From: Octopus vulgaris
Taxonomy: Eukaryota
Length of the DNA stretch: 64,000 bases
NCBI GenBank assembly: GCA_951406725.2
Contig: OX597828.1
Span: 29,140,001 to 29,204,000 of the forward strand
Direction of reading: 5' to 3'
Part shown: in pieces, positions 28,059 through 40,406 of the stretch
Position numbering within the stretch: the first letter of the stretch is position 1
How the letters are laid out: each line of letters begins with the position of its first letter
Position numbers and translations under genes: made by a program
The notes under the pieces: generated by a model
Seen by the model: only the letters and a program-made list of their open reading frames with translations
Told to the model about the DNA's origin: nothing
Databases searched by the model: none

Positions 28059-28869
28059 AGTGGCTCTGTGGTAAGTAGCTTGCTTCACAACCACATGGTT
28101 CCAGGTTCAGTCCCACTGTGTGGCACCTTAGGTAAGTGTCTTCCACTATAGTCTTGGGCTGACCAAAACCTTGTGAGTGGATCTGGTAGACAGAAACTGA
28201 AAGAAGCCCGTGATATATATATATATATGTATGTATGTATATATGTATGTGCATGTGTGTGTTTGTCTATCTGTGTTTGTCTCACCCCCATCACTTGACA
28301 ATCGATGCTGATGCATTTACGTACCCGCAACTTAGCAGTTCCACAAAGGAGATCAATAGAATAAGTACTAGGTTTACAAAGAATAAATCTTGGGGTCTAA
28401 ATCGCTTGACTAAAGGCGGTGCTTCAGCATGGCCACAGTCAAATGACTGAGACAAGTAAGAGAATAAAAGAATAAATGAACACATATATATACAGAGAGA
28501 GAGAGAGGGAGAGAGAGAGAGGAATAAATAAATAAATGACATTATCACCAAAGCCATCATTCTTTATGGCCAACATTATATACAATTTCAGACTGATTTT
28601 CCACTAGAGACATTTATCATTTCACTGCCCCCACTTAAATCATAATTTTGACATTTCTAAATATTAACTTTCTTCTTTGAAGATCAAAGTTCTATTTATT
28701 TATAATGTCTGCAATACAAATGAACCAAAGGAAAAACAGAACCAAGACAAGCGTTACTATGATGTAGTTGAACCTGTTGCAATTTCTTTCAGCATAACCA
28801 TGTGACAGAGGAAAATTGCTCTTTGGCCAATAGCAATCAAACCTCTCCTAAGTCACACCTCCAATTTAA

Positions 28870-29090
28870 CCCTTTAGTGTTCACATTATTCTGCCAAAAC
28901 TAATGCTTTTTCATCCACATTGTTTTGAACTAATCATGCATTATCTTGTAGTTATGAGATTTTGATGAGGTAGCTGTTAATTTTTAAAATGATATTGTAG
29001 GGTTAGTCTGAGAGACCAGATATGGCCAGTTTGAACATAAAACAAGCAGAATACTTTTGGCCGGATATGGCCGGTTTAAAGGCTAAAGGG
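28870..29090. mobile_element. piggyBac-type MITE
   Basis: TTAA|CCCTTTAG...CTAAAGGG|TTAA. Confidence 0.75.
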
Positions 29091-29686
29091 TTAAAAAAAG
29101 GACATACTAAAGAATTTTTTGGTTTTGGCAAAATTTGGAAGTCACAGACATTGGACAGTATTCCTGTACCAAAAGGACTGCAGATAAATTAAGATATGGA
29201 TGTAAACAAACAACACTGGCTGTTAAGCAATAGTGTGGACATACACAAACACACACATGCATAAATATATAAACATATATAATATATTTTTTGCTTTTCC
29301 AGAGCGGATCGTTGCCAGAGCGGCCATCTGGCCTCCGTGCCGGTGGCACATAAAAGACACCATTCGAGCGTGATCGTTACCAGCATCGCCTTACTGGCAC
29401 CTGTGCTGGTGGCATGTGTAAAAGATTAGAGTGAGGTCATTGCCAGTACCACCTACACTCTTGGAGTGGTTGGCGTTAGGAAGGGCATCCAGCTGTAGAA
29501 ACTCTGCCAGATCAAGATTGAAGCCTGGTGCAGCCATCTGGTTCACCAGCCCTCAGTCAAATCGTCCAACCCATGCTAGCATGGAAAGCGGACGTTAAAC
29601 GACGAACGATTCATTCTTGAACTGGATAGGCATATAACAACAAACCTGCTGACACTAAAAGTCTCTAGTGTGACTTCTTTATCGAT

Positions 29687-29731
29687 GTACCTGAAGAGAC
29701 CCAGGCTAACGAGTCAAAACATATGTTGTAC
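29687..29731 (+). ncRNA. Degenerate minimal hammerhead motif in a Penelope-like terminal repeat remnant
   Basis: GTAC-CTGAAGA-GACCC..GAGTC-AAAAC-ATAT-GTT-GTAC; palindromic ACATATGT stem III; AATAAA 2 nt downstream. Confidence 0.65.
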
Positions 29732-29973
29732 CTAATAAAAGTCTAATACAAAATCCATCTCCTACTATTAAATAACACTTTATATGTGTGTGTGTGTGTG
29801 TATACACATACATATTAATTTACATAATTTACATATACATATACACACACATATATATGATGGATTCTCTAGTCATGAGCGACAAATGAGGGTTCAGTAA
29901 AATAAAGCATTAATTATGTTCTATGGACATGAATGTGTCTCTTGAGACCTTCATACACACACACACACACATA

Positions 29974-30176
29974 TGATAGGGTGATGAAAAGTTCCTGGCT
30001 TTAAGGATGTTGCGAAAGGCCTGGTCAGAGGCCCAACCTTCCAAGTTTTCATATAGGGCTTAGAAAAACTGAAGGACTGCTGCAATAAATGTGTGAACCT
30101 GGGAGGGGTAAATGTTGAATAAAATCAGAATTAACTGATCCTCCTGGATTTTCTTTTACCCAAAGCCAGGAACTTA
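29974..30176. mobile_element. Degenerate mariner-type MITE
   Basis: AAGTTCCTGGCTTT and AAAGCCAGGAACTT inverted repeats. Confidence 0.55.
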
Positions 30177-30715
30177 CATATATGTGCACTCGCCAGCCTC
30201 GTCTGGCACCTGTGTCGGTGGCACATAAAAAACACCATCCGAGCGTGGCCATTCGGCAGCCTCGTCTGGCACCTGTGTCGGTGGCACATAAAAAGCACCC
30301 ACTACACTCACGGAGTGGTTGGCGTTAGGAAGGGCATCCAGCTGTAGAAACACTGCCAGATCTGACTGGCCTGGTGCAGCCTTCGGGCTTCCCAGACCCC
30401 AGTTGAACCGTCCAACCCATGCTAGTATGGAAAGCGGACGTTAAACGATGATGATGATGATACACATACATACACACACACACATGATGGGCTTCCACAC
30501 AGTTTCTGTCTCTCAGATTCTCTCACAAGGCATTGATCGGCCCAGAACTATAGTATAAAACACTTACTCAAGGTGTCATGCAGAGGAATTGAACCTCAAA
30601 CCACCAGGTTTCAAAGTGAGCTTCTAAAAACCACACAGCCATATCTGCCCCAATAAAAGAAAAATGAAATGGAAGCAAGGCAAAACAGGGGGGTTTAGCA
30701 AGGAATTGAACTTAC

Positions 30716-30834
30716 GATTGCGACTTCGTCCCAGCCTATTATGACACCACGGTAACCCCAGATTTTGTGCTTTATCACTTGACCAACTCGAAACTCAACA
30801 TTGCTTGGTCGAGGGCTTCTTGGCTTTAAAGAGG
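30716..30834 (-). CDS. YccV-like protein, coding exon 3 (SLKPRSPRPSNVEFRVGQVIKHKIWGYRGVIIGWDEVAI)
   Basis: FRVGQVIKHK-x-WGYRGVIIGWD is the N-terminal YccV/HspQ motif. Acceptor tttcag|, donor ATC|GTAAGT; 119 nt. Confidence 0.93.
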
Positions 30835-31809
30835 CTGAAATTTGAACAGATTGAAATCTATGAAAATCTCTGTTTTCAATCAAACAATTTAAAAATCAAT
30901 AACCAATACAAAGTTTCATTGCTGTTGATGTTGTTATGAGTTCAACAAGTTTATGATACAATATTATTTTTTCATAAATATGGGACGGACACAGATTTTC
31001 CCAACCACAGAGTTTGGGGTTCAGTTCCAGTGCAAGGCAGGCATTTTGGGCAAGTGCCTTCTACTATAGCCCAGGGCTAACCAAAGCCTTGGGAGTGGAT
31101 TTGGTAGACAGAAACTGAAAGAAACCCATTGTATACGTGTGTGTGTGTGTGAGTGTATGTGTGTGCATGCGTGCGTGTGTGTGTTACTGTCTCCTTGTCT
31201 TCATATCACATGATAGTTGTAAACAAATGTCACCACTATACAAACAGTGTCCAGTGTTTTCAATCTTCCATGAAAACATGTCTGGCCATGGGAGAAATAT
31301 TACCTTACCTGGAAACAGGTGAGGCTTGGAGACAGGAAGGCCATCTGGCAGTGGAAAAGTCTGCCTCAACAAATTCAGTCCAACAATGATAACGATGACC
31401 TTCTTATAGATTTCAGCCCTTCATAAGTGGACCTTATCACCATCATTGTTTTAATGTCCACTTTTCCATGTTTGCATGGGTTGGACAAAGAGCAGAAAAG
31501 GAACTTTCTGAGACTGCGCTATCACACACATCACACACAGCCCTCAACACACAACATGCACCACACACAGCCCACACACAGCCCACACACATACCACACA
31601 CACCCTACACACAGCCCACACACACACCACACACAGCCCACACACACACACACAACAGGCTTCTTTCAGCTCTCATCAACCAAATCCACACACAAGGCTC
31701 ACAGCCATAACAGAAAACACTTGCCCGAGGTGCCATGCAGTGGGAGTGAACCCAAGACCACACGGTTGGGAAGCATGCTTCTTCTCAATCACCCAACCAC
31801 ACCTGCACA

Positions 31810-32117
31810 TCTTTATATATAAAACTGAAGTTGTGTGTGTGAGAGTCTGTCTCCTCCGATTTAGATTCCTAACTCCTCCCACATTTTGCGGTGCAGTTTA
31901 ACCAAAAGCGGGTATCTCATAGTCGTGATTCATATCGAGCCCTTCTAGGTATTAGTGTGCATCTACGATGAGTCTACGATAATAAAAAAATTTACCATCA
32001 TTTTTTTCAAATTTTTAATGCATTTTTGCTCGGTTTATATAGGGGAAGTAACTCTCTAAAAATGCTTATATAGTTATTTCCCTTACAAACCCGAGCAACG
32101 CTGGACGATACTGCTTG
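31810..32117 (+). mobile_element. Non-autonomous Helitron-like element
   Basis: A|TCTTTATATATAAAA start; degenerate GC hairpin CCCGAGCAACGCTGGA near the end; CTTG|T (consensus CTAG|T); no TSD. Confidence 0.6.
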
Positions 32118-32141
32118 TAAAAATATAAGCAAGGAACTTAC

Positions 32142-32302
32142 TAGCAAAATAAGCTGGAGACTCTGCTTCAGATTCATCTTTAGTTAATGGCTTTGAGGCT
32201 GGTAAGTTTTTATTTACAGTTTCAAATAAATCATTGCACCATCGTTGCCAGGATTCCCAAGATAAATACTTTTGTCTGAAGACTGACACTGATTTGACAA
32301 CA
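32142..32302 (-). CDS. YccV-like protein, coding exon 2 (VVKSVSVFRQKYLSWESWQRWCNDLFETVNKNLPASKPLTKDESEAESPAYFA)
   Basis: Acceptor cctgtttag|, donor A|GTAAGT; 161 nt, phase 2 in and phase 1 out, open frame. Confidence 0.85.
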
Positions 32303-32379
32303 CTAAACAGGAAAAAAACACAGAAAGCTTAGAATAGAAACAGCATGAATTCATAGTTGATAACATCATTGAATAATAC

Positions 32380-32685
32380 AGTTCTATATTTAAGAGATGA
32401 GGAACTTTGTACATTATTTACATTTGATGGATATTTGTCCTCATCTTGTTTGTTGTTAACACAACGTTTCGGCTGATATACCTCCTAAGCAGACCGAGTG
32501 CAGATATCAATAGCATATGGGAACCAGTACTAAGGAAGGATACAAAAATATTAGATTTATAAGCCCTAACTGCCCACGGGCATATGGCGTAGTGGTTAAG
32601 AGAGCGGGCTACTAACCCCAAGATTCCAAGTTCGATTCCAGGCAGTGACCTGAATAATAATAATAATAATAATACTAATGATGAT

Positions 32686-32716
<31 letters not shown>

Positions 32717-32935
32717 GTAGTAATAATAATACTAATGATGATGATGATGGTAATAATAATAATAATAGTAATAATAATAATAATAATATCGAAAAATACC
32801 TTAGGAATGAGAACCCAGGTTCAAAATTTCCCCAAGACACCTGATGAGGGCTGGAGGGTATATCAGCCGAAATGTTGTGTTAACAACAAACAAGATGAGG
32901 ACAAATATTCGTCAAGTGTAAATAATGTACATAAT
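32380..32935 (+). mobile_element. Penelope-like element end: inverted partial tail, ORF-end-like stretch, tRNA-like head, (AAT)n, hammerhead and tail
   Basis: 32380-32485 is the reverse complement of the element tail. The tRNA-like segment 32578-32650 has A box TGGCGTAGTGG and B box GTTCGATTCC. Confidence 0.65.
32836..32881 (+). ncRNA. Minimal type-I hammerhead ribozyme motif
   Basis: GACAC-CTGATGA-G-GGCTG..CAGCC-GAAATGTT-GTGTT. The inverted partial copy at ~32458-32485 keeps GAAACGTT. Confidence 0.75.
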
Positions 32936-34499
32936 CATTGAATAAATTTAAAATCCAGTACAGTTTGATGATAGATTTACTGTTGTTTCCAGCATACAAA
33001 TTAAAATTTTTCAAACCAAAATTTACAGCCAAAAAAAAAAAAAAAGTGGGGGTGGGGTTTAACTTATAAATGAAGGATCAAAAATTCCATGTGAACTGCA
33101 GCAAGATTGAGAAAGAATGTGATAATCTTTGGCTGTTTACACTACTTGCTTATATGATATATATTACACTGGTTTGGTTTGTAGGCTGAAAAATGCAGTC
33201 CTTTGCGATGCTAAGGTTGTTGTTGAAATCTTTGTCATGTGTAATGTTCTTTTCTACTCTAGGCACAAGATCTGAAATTTTCTGGGGAAGGGGTCGATTA
33301 GATTGACCCCAGCACGCAACTGGTACTTAATTTATCGACCCCAAAAGGATGAAAGGCAAAGTTGAACTCAGAACCACTAAGCACTCAGAGACCTCAAGCA
33401 ACATCAAGTTGGATGTTTTACTATGGGTGTGATATTTACGAGTTGCAAAGATATCTCTTAAGGAAAGGAAACTAGATTCTGAGAACTACAATTCTGTTAA
33501 AGTCATATTTTGGTTTTGAAAGGGTTTTAAAGGGACCAGATATTCTTAGGTTGACAGTGTCTATTATTGCTATTATTATTATTAATATTATTATTATTAT
33601 TATAATTATCATCATCATCATTATAATTGACTAATTGCCTGATGGTATTCTGTCCCATATCTCCACGATTAGAATCTAAATATTGCTGGAAGTGATTATT
33701 TCAAAACTGAAAATAAAGAAGAACCAAGGGCTTAAAAAAAAAAAAACTACATTGGGATGGATGCTTTCTGTACAAAGTATATACAGTTAATTAAGTGTAT
33801 AAAGAGCTAAAATTAAACCCATAACATCATCATCATCATCGTTTAACGTCTGCTTTCCATGCTAGCATGGGTTGGATGGTTCGACCGGGGTCTGGGAAGC
33901 CAGGAGGCTGCACCAGGCCCAGTCTGATCTGGAAGTGTTTCTACAGCTGGATGCCCTTCCTAATGCCAACCACTCCGTGAGTATAGTGGATGCTTTATAG
34001 GTGTCACTGGCACAGGTGCCAGGCGAGGCTGGCAACGGCCACGATCGGTTGGTGCTTTTTACGTGCCACCGGCATGGAGGCCAGTCGAGGCAGCGCTGGC
34101 AATGGCCACATTCGGATGGTTCTCTTACGTGCCACCGGCACTAGTATCACAACTACAATTTCCATTGATTTTTGATCGATTTCGACTTCACTTGCCTCAA
34201 CAGGTCTTCGCAAGCAGAGTTTTGTGTCCCAAGAAGGAAAGGTATGCATAAGTGGACTGGCTACATCCCAGGTAAAGGCCACGGGTTATGGTCTCACTTG
34301 TCCTGCCGGGTCTTCTCACGCACAGCATATTTCCAAACAAAAAAAGCTATCAGCATTAATGACATTTGTTATCAGAGAAGGCTTTCACTAGACAATGTAT
34401 ACAGTTGTGAGGTTAAGAAGTTTGCTAAGCAACAAGCATGTGGTTTCAAGTTTGCTCTAACTTTGTGGCACCTTGGGAAGTTTGTGTGTGTGTGCACAT

Positions 34500-35243
34500 G
34501 TATAAATGTTGCATAGGCTTGAAAGAAATGAAGCTAGAATGCTTCGCGGGATGTGTAATGTCAGTGTGCATACAGGACAGAGTGTAAGCGCCCTGAGAAA
34601 GTTGGACATAGGAAGCATCAAATGTGGTGTGCAAGAGAGACAACTGTGCTGGTATGGTCATGTGTTACGTATGGATGAGGACAGCTGTGGAGGGTACCTG
34701 TTGAAGAGGTAGGCCCAAGAAGACCTGGGATGAGTTGGTGAAGCACAAGCTTTGGAAGCTGGGCCTCACAGAGACAATGACAAGCAACCGAGAACTTTGG
34801 AGATATGCTGCGCTTGAGAAGACCCAGCAAACCAAGTGAGATCATAGTTATGGCCAATGCCAGTGGCACATAAGCGGAACATTTAAGAGTACCCGTCAAT
34901 CGTTGGGCAATATGCTGTACTTGAGAGGACCTGTTGAGTCAAGTGAAATTGTTGTGGCTGATGCCAGTACCGCGTGTGCCAGTGGCACTTAAAAAGCACC
35001 ATTTGAGCAATGTCGATGCCAGTGCCACCAGACTGGCTCCCATGCTGATGGCACATAAAAAGCACCCACTACACTCTTGGAGATGTTGGCATTAGAAAGG
35101 GTACCCAGCTGTAGAAACCTTCCCAGATCAGATTGGAGTTTGGTGCAGCCTCCTGGCTTTCCAGTCCTCAGTCAAACAGACCAACCCATGCCAGCATGGA
35201 AAGCAGACATTAAAGGATGATGATGCTGATGATATGATGATGA
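34500..35243 (+). mobile_element. RTE-like LINE 3' fragment, same family as 37895
   Basis: RLERNEARMLRGMCNVS..WYGHVLRM and a (GAT)n tail. Confidence 0.75.
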
Positions 35244-35561
35244 TTCCATGCTTGGCACCAGTAAAGCACAGATGTGGTGATGTTTACATTTCTTGTAGAC
35301 TTTCTGACCATTTGCTCTACACTTTTCAAGAAATCCAAAATAAAAAGCATCTCTTACTCGAAAACCCAAGTAAGGGTTGGTGAGGGGGAAGACGATCTGA
35401 CTGTAATAACCTGTCCCAAATAACTCCCTGTCTAAACATGGGCTAACATAAAAAAAAAAAGAGATGTTAAATGAATGATGGAACGAACGAAAGAAAGAAG
35501 TGAAAAGAAGGGCAAAACAAAGGAAAGAAAAAATTAAAATAAATAAAATGAAGTACTTTAC

Positions 35562-35683
35562 TCTTGTAATTGATTGATTCTTTGGGATTCTGAGGTCGTT
35601 GAAATCCTTGTGATAAAATATTGGAAGGGTAACACGAACAGCAAAAGCCCAAGATGGAACACAGCTATTCTTTGCAGAGGCAT
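35562..35683 (-). CDS. YccV/HspQ-like domain protein, coding exon 1 (MPLQRIAVFHLGLLLFVLPFQYFITRISTTSESQRINQLQ; hydrophobic signal/anchor)
   Basis: ATG at 35683; donor GA|GTAAAG at 35562 (phase 2) matches the next exon. An upstream acceptor tttttcatcccag at 35738 implies a further 5' exon. Confidence 0.85.
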
Positions 35684-36382
35684 TTTCTGTGCCAATTGCT
35701 TCTCAGGTGAATCTGCCAAGAGCTGAGCTTGGCAGAGCTGGGATGAAAAATTTTAATCAATCAAGCAATGATAAGATCAATAATTTTAAATATTCATTTT
35801 TTTTTTAAATTTCCATAAAAAAAAACAAAAACAAGAAACAAACAAATAAGTTTGTATTTTAAAAAATCATAAAAGTTTTCTTTTTTTTAAATAAATTGAA
35901 AAGAAACATGGTTATTTTATCTATCAAAGGCACACGGATAGCTATATATGGTTAAGAAGTTTGTTTTGAGGTTGAATGGTTTGGGTTCAATCCCATTGTA
36001 TAGCATCTTGGGTAAAGTGTCTTTGGCTATAACAATGAACGGACCAATGTCTTGTGAATGAAACTGTGGGTGTTTGTATGTATGTGTGAATGTAACATGT
36101 ATGTGTCTGTCTCCATGTCAGTATGTATGTGTTTCTTTATTACCCACAAGGGGCTAAACATAGACGGGACAAACAAGGACAGACAAACTGATTAAATCGA
36201 TTACATCGACCCCAGTGCGTAACTGGTACTTAATTTATCGACCCCGAAAGGATGAAAGGCAAAGTCGACTTCGGCGGAATTTGAACTCAGCACATAATGA
36301 CAGACGAAATACCGCTAAGCATCTCGCCCGGCGTGCTACCGGTTCTGCCAGCTCATGTATGTTAAAAAAAGGTATTTTTCGA

Positions 36383-36413
<31 letters not shown>

Positions 36414-36793
36414 ATCATCATCATTATTATTATTATTATTATTATAATGGCGGTGCCCCAGCATGTTTGAAAAACAAACCTCTTTTATTCATGTCCTACC
36501 CTTCCCATGTTGCCTACCTCTCTCTTCCACTTCCCCCATACACTCTTGCAAATCCCTAACACCCCCCACCCATACTCTTCCTGCAACCTGCCATTACTAT
36601 GATGGAGATATCTATGATTCATTCTCTCTCTCTCTCTCCTAAATGTGAGTAGCCATGTAGCTCCTTTACAACAACAACCTGCTCTACCCCAGCTTCTTTC
36701 TTCCTACCTTAACCCCCATCTAACATACAAATGTAGTACATTATTTACATAATTTACATTTGATGGATATTTGTCCTCATCTTGTTTGTTGTT

Positions 36794-36836
36794 AACACGT
36801 TTTGGCTGATGTGCTCTCCAGCCTTCATCAGGTGTC
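36794..36836 (-). ncRNA. Degenerate hammerhead motif, same family as 32836
   Basis: GACAC-CTGATGA-A-GGCTG..CAGCC-AAAAC-GTGTT; G12>A and a 3-nt deletion. Confidence 0.55.
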
Positions 36837-36916
36837 TTGGGGGAAATTTCGAACCTGGGTTCTCATTCCTAAAGTATTTTTCGATATTATTATTATTATT
36901 ATTATTACCATCATCA

Positions 36917-36954
<38 letters not shown>

Positions 36955-37072
36955 ATCATCATTATTATTATCATTATTATTATTATTCAGGTCACTGCCT
37001 GGAATCGAACTCGGAATCTTGGGGTTAGTAGCCTGCACCCTTAACCACTATGCCATATGCCCATTTCCCCAA

Positions 37073-37118
37073 GACACCTGATGAAGGCTGGAGGGTATAT
37101 CAGCCAAAATGTTGTGTT
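37073..37118 (+). ncRNA. Degenerate hammerhead motif, same family as 32836
   Basis: GACAC-CTGATGA-A-GGCTG..CAGCC-AAAATGTT-GTGTT; two CpG-type transitions, one of them G12>A. Confidence 0.6.
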
Positions 37119-37894
37119 AACAACAAACAAGATGAGACCAAATATCTATCAAATGTAAATTCTGTAAATAATATACATAATTCCTCATCTCTTAAATATA
37201 GAACTGTATACAAATGTAGTGTTCTCCTTCACAGGGTTTTGTTCACTTGCAAGCCACTTGGTGACCTTGATAGAGCTGGTGGCAGGGAAAAAGCGCCCAG
37301 TACACCCTGTAAAGTGGTTGACATTAGGAATTGCATCCATGCACAGAAACCATACCAAAGCAGACAAAATGGATCACAATGTAGTTCTTCAACTCATTGG
37401 ATCCTTCTCAAAGTGTGCACTCAATGCCAGCATGGATCATGGATATTAAATGATAATTATAATTATGTACTGGGATAGATATGAAAAAATAAAACCCTTC
37501 AAAGTGATGCCCCAGCCTGGCCTCAGCTCAAGGACTGAAATAAGTACAAGAAGGGGGTTAAAAATCCCTGCTTAAAGTTAATCATCATCAGATTAACCAT
37601 CCACTTCTCCAAGCTCATATGGTTCAGATAGAGTTTATTGAAGCAGATTCTCTGCAGCTGGTTGCCCGTCCTGTCACCAATCCTCACTTGTTTCCAAGTA
37701 AGGCAATACTTCCCCATGGCCAGACACATGTGTGCATATATTTTATGAGCTCCTCGCTCTACCCCACCTCCTGTATTTATAGTCCTTTAGGACAGTTTTC
37801 ATTTCTCCTTCGCGTTACCCATTTTTGTCTTGTCTTGCAGCCCTAAGGTTTTTTTTTGCTGTATATGTATTATTTTCATTTTAATTGTTGTTTT

Positions 37895-39400
37895 CATGTA
37901 GCCCTATGACCTTGTTCTTATAGCTGAATCCCAACCAGAACTAGGAAAGAAGTTTCAGGTATGAAAGCAAGGTCTAGAATTGAAGAGCCTTAGAGTTAAT
38001 GTTGCAAAAACCAAAGTCCCTAGTAAGTAGGAAGGCATACAAATCACATATTTCTTTTACTACTCACAAGGGGCTAAACACAGAGGGGACAAGCAAGGAC
38101 AGACAAACGGATTAAGTCGATTACATCGACCCCAGTGCATAAGTGGTACTTAATTTATCGACCCCGAAAGGATGAAAGGCAAAGTCGACCTCGGCGGAAT
38201 TTTAACTCAGAACGTAACGGCAGACGAAATACGGCTACGCATTTCGCCCGGCGTGCTAACGATTCTGCCAGCTCGACGCCTACAGATCCCTTCAGGTAGA
38301 TGGCCCTGCTTAATTTGTAGAAAAGGTGTAGGTAGAACCTCTATAAAAGGTACCTGGTGTAAGCTATGGACACATAAGAAGTGCAGCAATATCAGAGGTA
38401 GGTTAATAAAGAAAATAACTTTTGTGTGTGGAAGATGCACAGGTACAACAAATACCAAAAATCTACACAAAATAGATTCCATCAAATGCTAATGGGGTAA
38501 GCTAGAGGTAGTAGATAGCTTCTGTTATCTAGGTAAGCAAATTAGTAGCAGAGGTGGATACTCCAAGAGCACAGCTATGAGAATAAGATTAGGATGGGCA
38601 AACTTCATAGAACTCCTACCTCTGCTGGCAACAAAGGGTCTCTCCCTTAGAATGAAAGGCAGATTGTATGATGCCTGTCTTGGGAACAGCTATGCTACAC
38701 AGCAGTGAAACATGGGTTGTGAGAGCTGAGAACATGCGTAAGCTTGAAAGAAATTAAATCAGTATGCTTCACTGGATGTGCAATGTTAGTGTGCATGCAT
38801 AACAGAGTGTAAGCATCTTGAGAAAAAACTTGGGCATAAGAGGCATCAGATGTGGTGTTCAAGAGAGTCAACTGAACTGGTATGGTCATGTGATGCATAT
38901 GGACAAGGAGAGCTGTGTAAAGAAGTGCCGGTCTCTAACTGTGGAGGGAACCTGTGGTAGAGGTAGACCCAGAAAGACATGGGACAAGGTGATGAGTCAT
39001 GATTTTTGAATTTTGAGCCTCACAGAAGCAATGACTAGTGGCCGGTGCTTAAGAAAACCTGCCAAGTCAAGTGAAATCATAGTCGTGTGGCACTCATGGT
39101 GGTTGCATGTAAAAAGCACATTTTGAGTGTTGGGCCTCACAGAGGCAATGACCAAAACCTTTGGCATTATGTTGTGCTTGAGAAGAAGACCCATCAAGCT
39201 AAGCAAAATCGCAGTTGTGACAGATACTGATGTCACACAAATGGCACCCATTACAGTTTCAGAATGGTTGGCGTTAGTAAGGGCATCCAGCCATAGAAAC
39301 CATGCCAAATCAGATTGGAGTCTGGTGCAGCCTTCCAGCTTTCCGGCCCTGGACAAACAGTCCAACCCATGCCAGTATGGACAATGGGTATTAAATGATG

Positions 39401-39402
<2 letters not shown>
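37895..39402 (+). mobile_element. Decayed RTE-like LINE 3' part (RT end, Cys-rich insert, GAT tail), interrupted by a SINE at ~38049-38281
   Basis: GRWPCLICRKGVG..WTHKKCS, FCYLG, LNWYGHVMHM, GRGRPRKTW; ends in the shared tail. Confidence 0.8.
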
Positions 39403-39450
<48 letters not shown>

Positions 39451-39893
39451 CATGCTCATCATCATATTTTAACATCCACATTATATGTTTAGTATCTAAA
39501 TTTTAAGATCTGCCAACTAAAATATACATTAGTTTAATATAAGCTGTTCAAAATGATAAAACACACACAATGTGTATATATATATATATATATACTTTAA
39601 AAATGGGACAAGAACGCAAAACATCCACTCGTTTTCAACACGGCATGTATTTATAGTGATGTATATTGTATGTGATGACTGATGCTTTAAAGTCTATTTC
39701 TAAGCATATTGGCATAGAAATTTTTTCTTTTGCAGTTATTTATAATTGTTTATAATTTTCACTTTAAAAGATATTTTAATATGCTGGTCACTTGAAATTT
39801 TTTGGAAAAAAAATTTTATCCTATATTAAAGGTATACTTATATATACACTAATATGAAATATATATATATATATATATACATACATTTATATA

Positions 39894-39974
<81 letters not shown>

Positions 39975-40174
39975 GTATGTGTGTGTGTATATATATATTT
40001 GTTTCTATATTGCCCACAAGGGGCTAAATGTAGAGGGGACAAACAAGGACAGACAAATGGATTAAGTCGATTACATCAACCCCAGTGAGTAACTGGTACT
40101 TAATTTATCGACCCCGAAAGGATGAAAGGCAAAGTCATAATATATATGTATATATATATTATATAAATGTATAT

Positions 40175-40219
40175 ATATATTTGAAAACTCCACTAGAATG
40201 GACGAAAGCGCTAATATAT
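40175..40219 (+). ncRNA. Candidate minimal hammerhead, U3:A8 core variant
   Basis: ATATAT-TTGAAAA-cTCCA..TGGAc-GAAAGCGCTA-ATATAT; palindromic AGCGCT stem III; stem I is low-complexity. Confidence 0.5.
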
Positions 40220-40353
40220 GATATATGATGTATAAAAACATGTAATATACAAATAAATATCTGTAAATATAAAACCATCCGAATTTCATTTCTGAGTACC
40301 TCATTTCTTCTAATATAAAATACCTGTACATCATCTCCAAACCTTCTAATATA

Positions 40354-40406
<53 letters not shown>

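Larger units (their letters stand above)
36735..37206 (-). mobile_element. Second copy of the tRNA-(AAT)n-hammerhead element, with an inverted partial tail at 37063-37206
   Basis: Homologous to 32578-32935 on the opposite strand. Confidence 0.7.

Noticed and set aside
32578-32650. Functional tRNA-Ser(ACT) gene
   Set aside because: Acceptor, anticodon and T stems have mismatches, and it is embedded in a repeat; treated as tRNA-derived.
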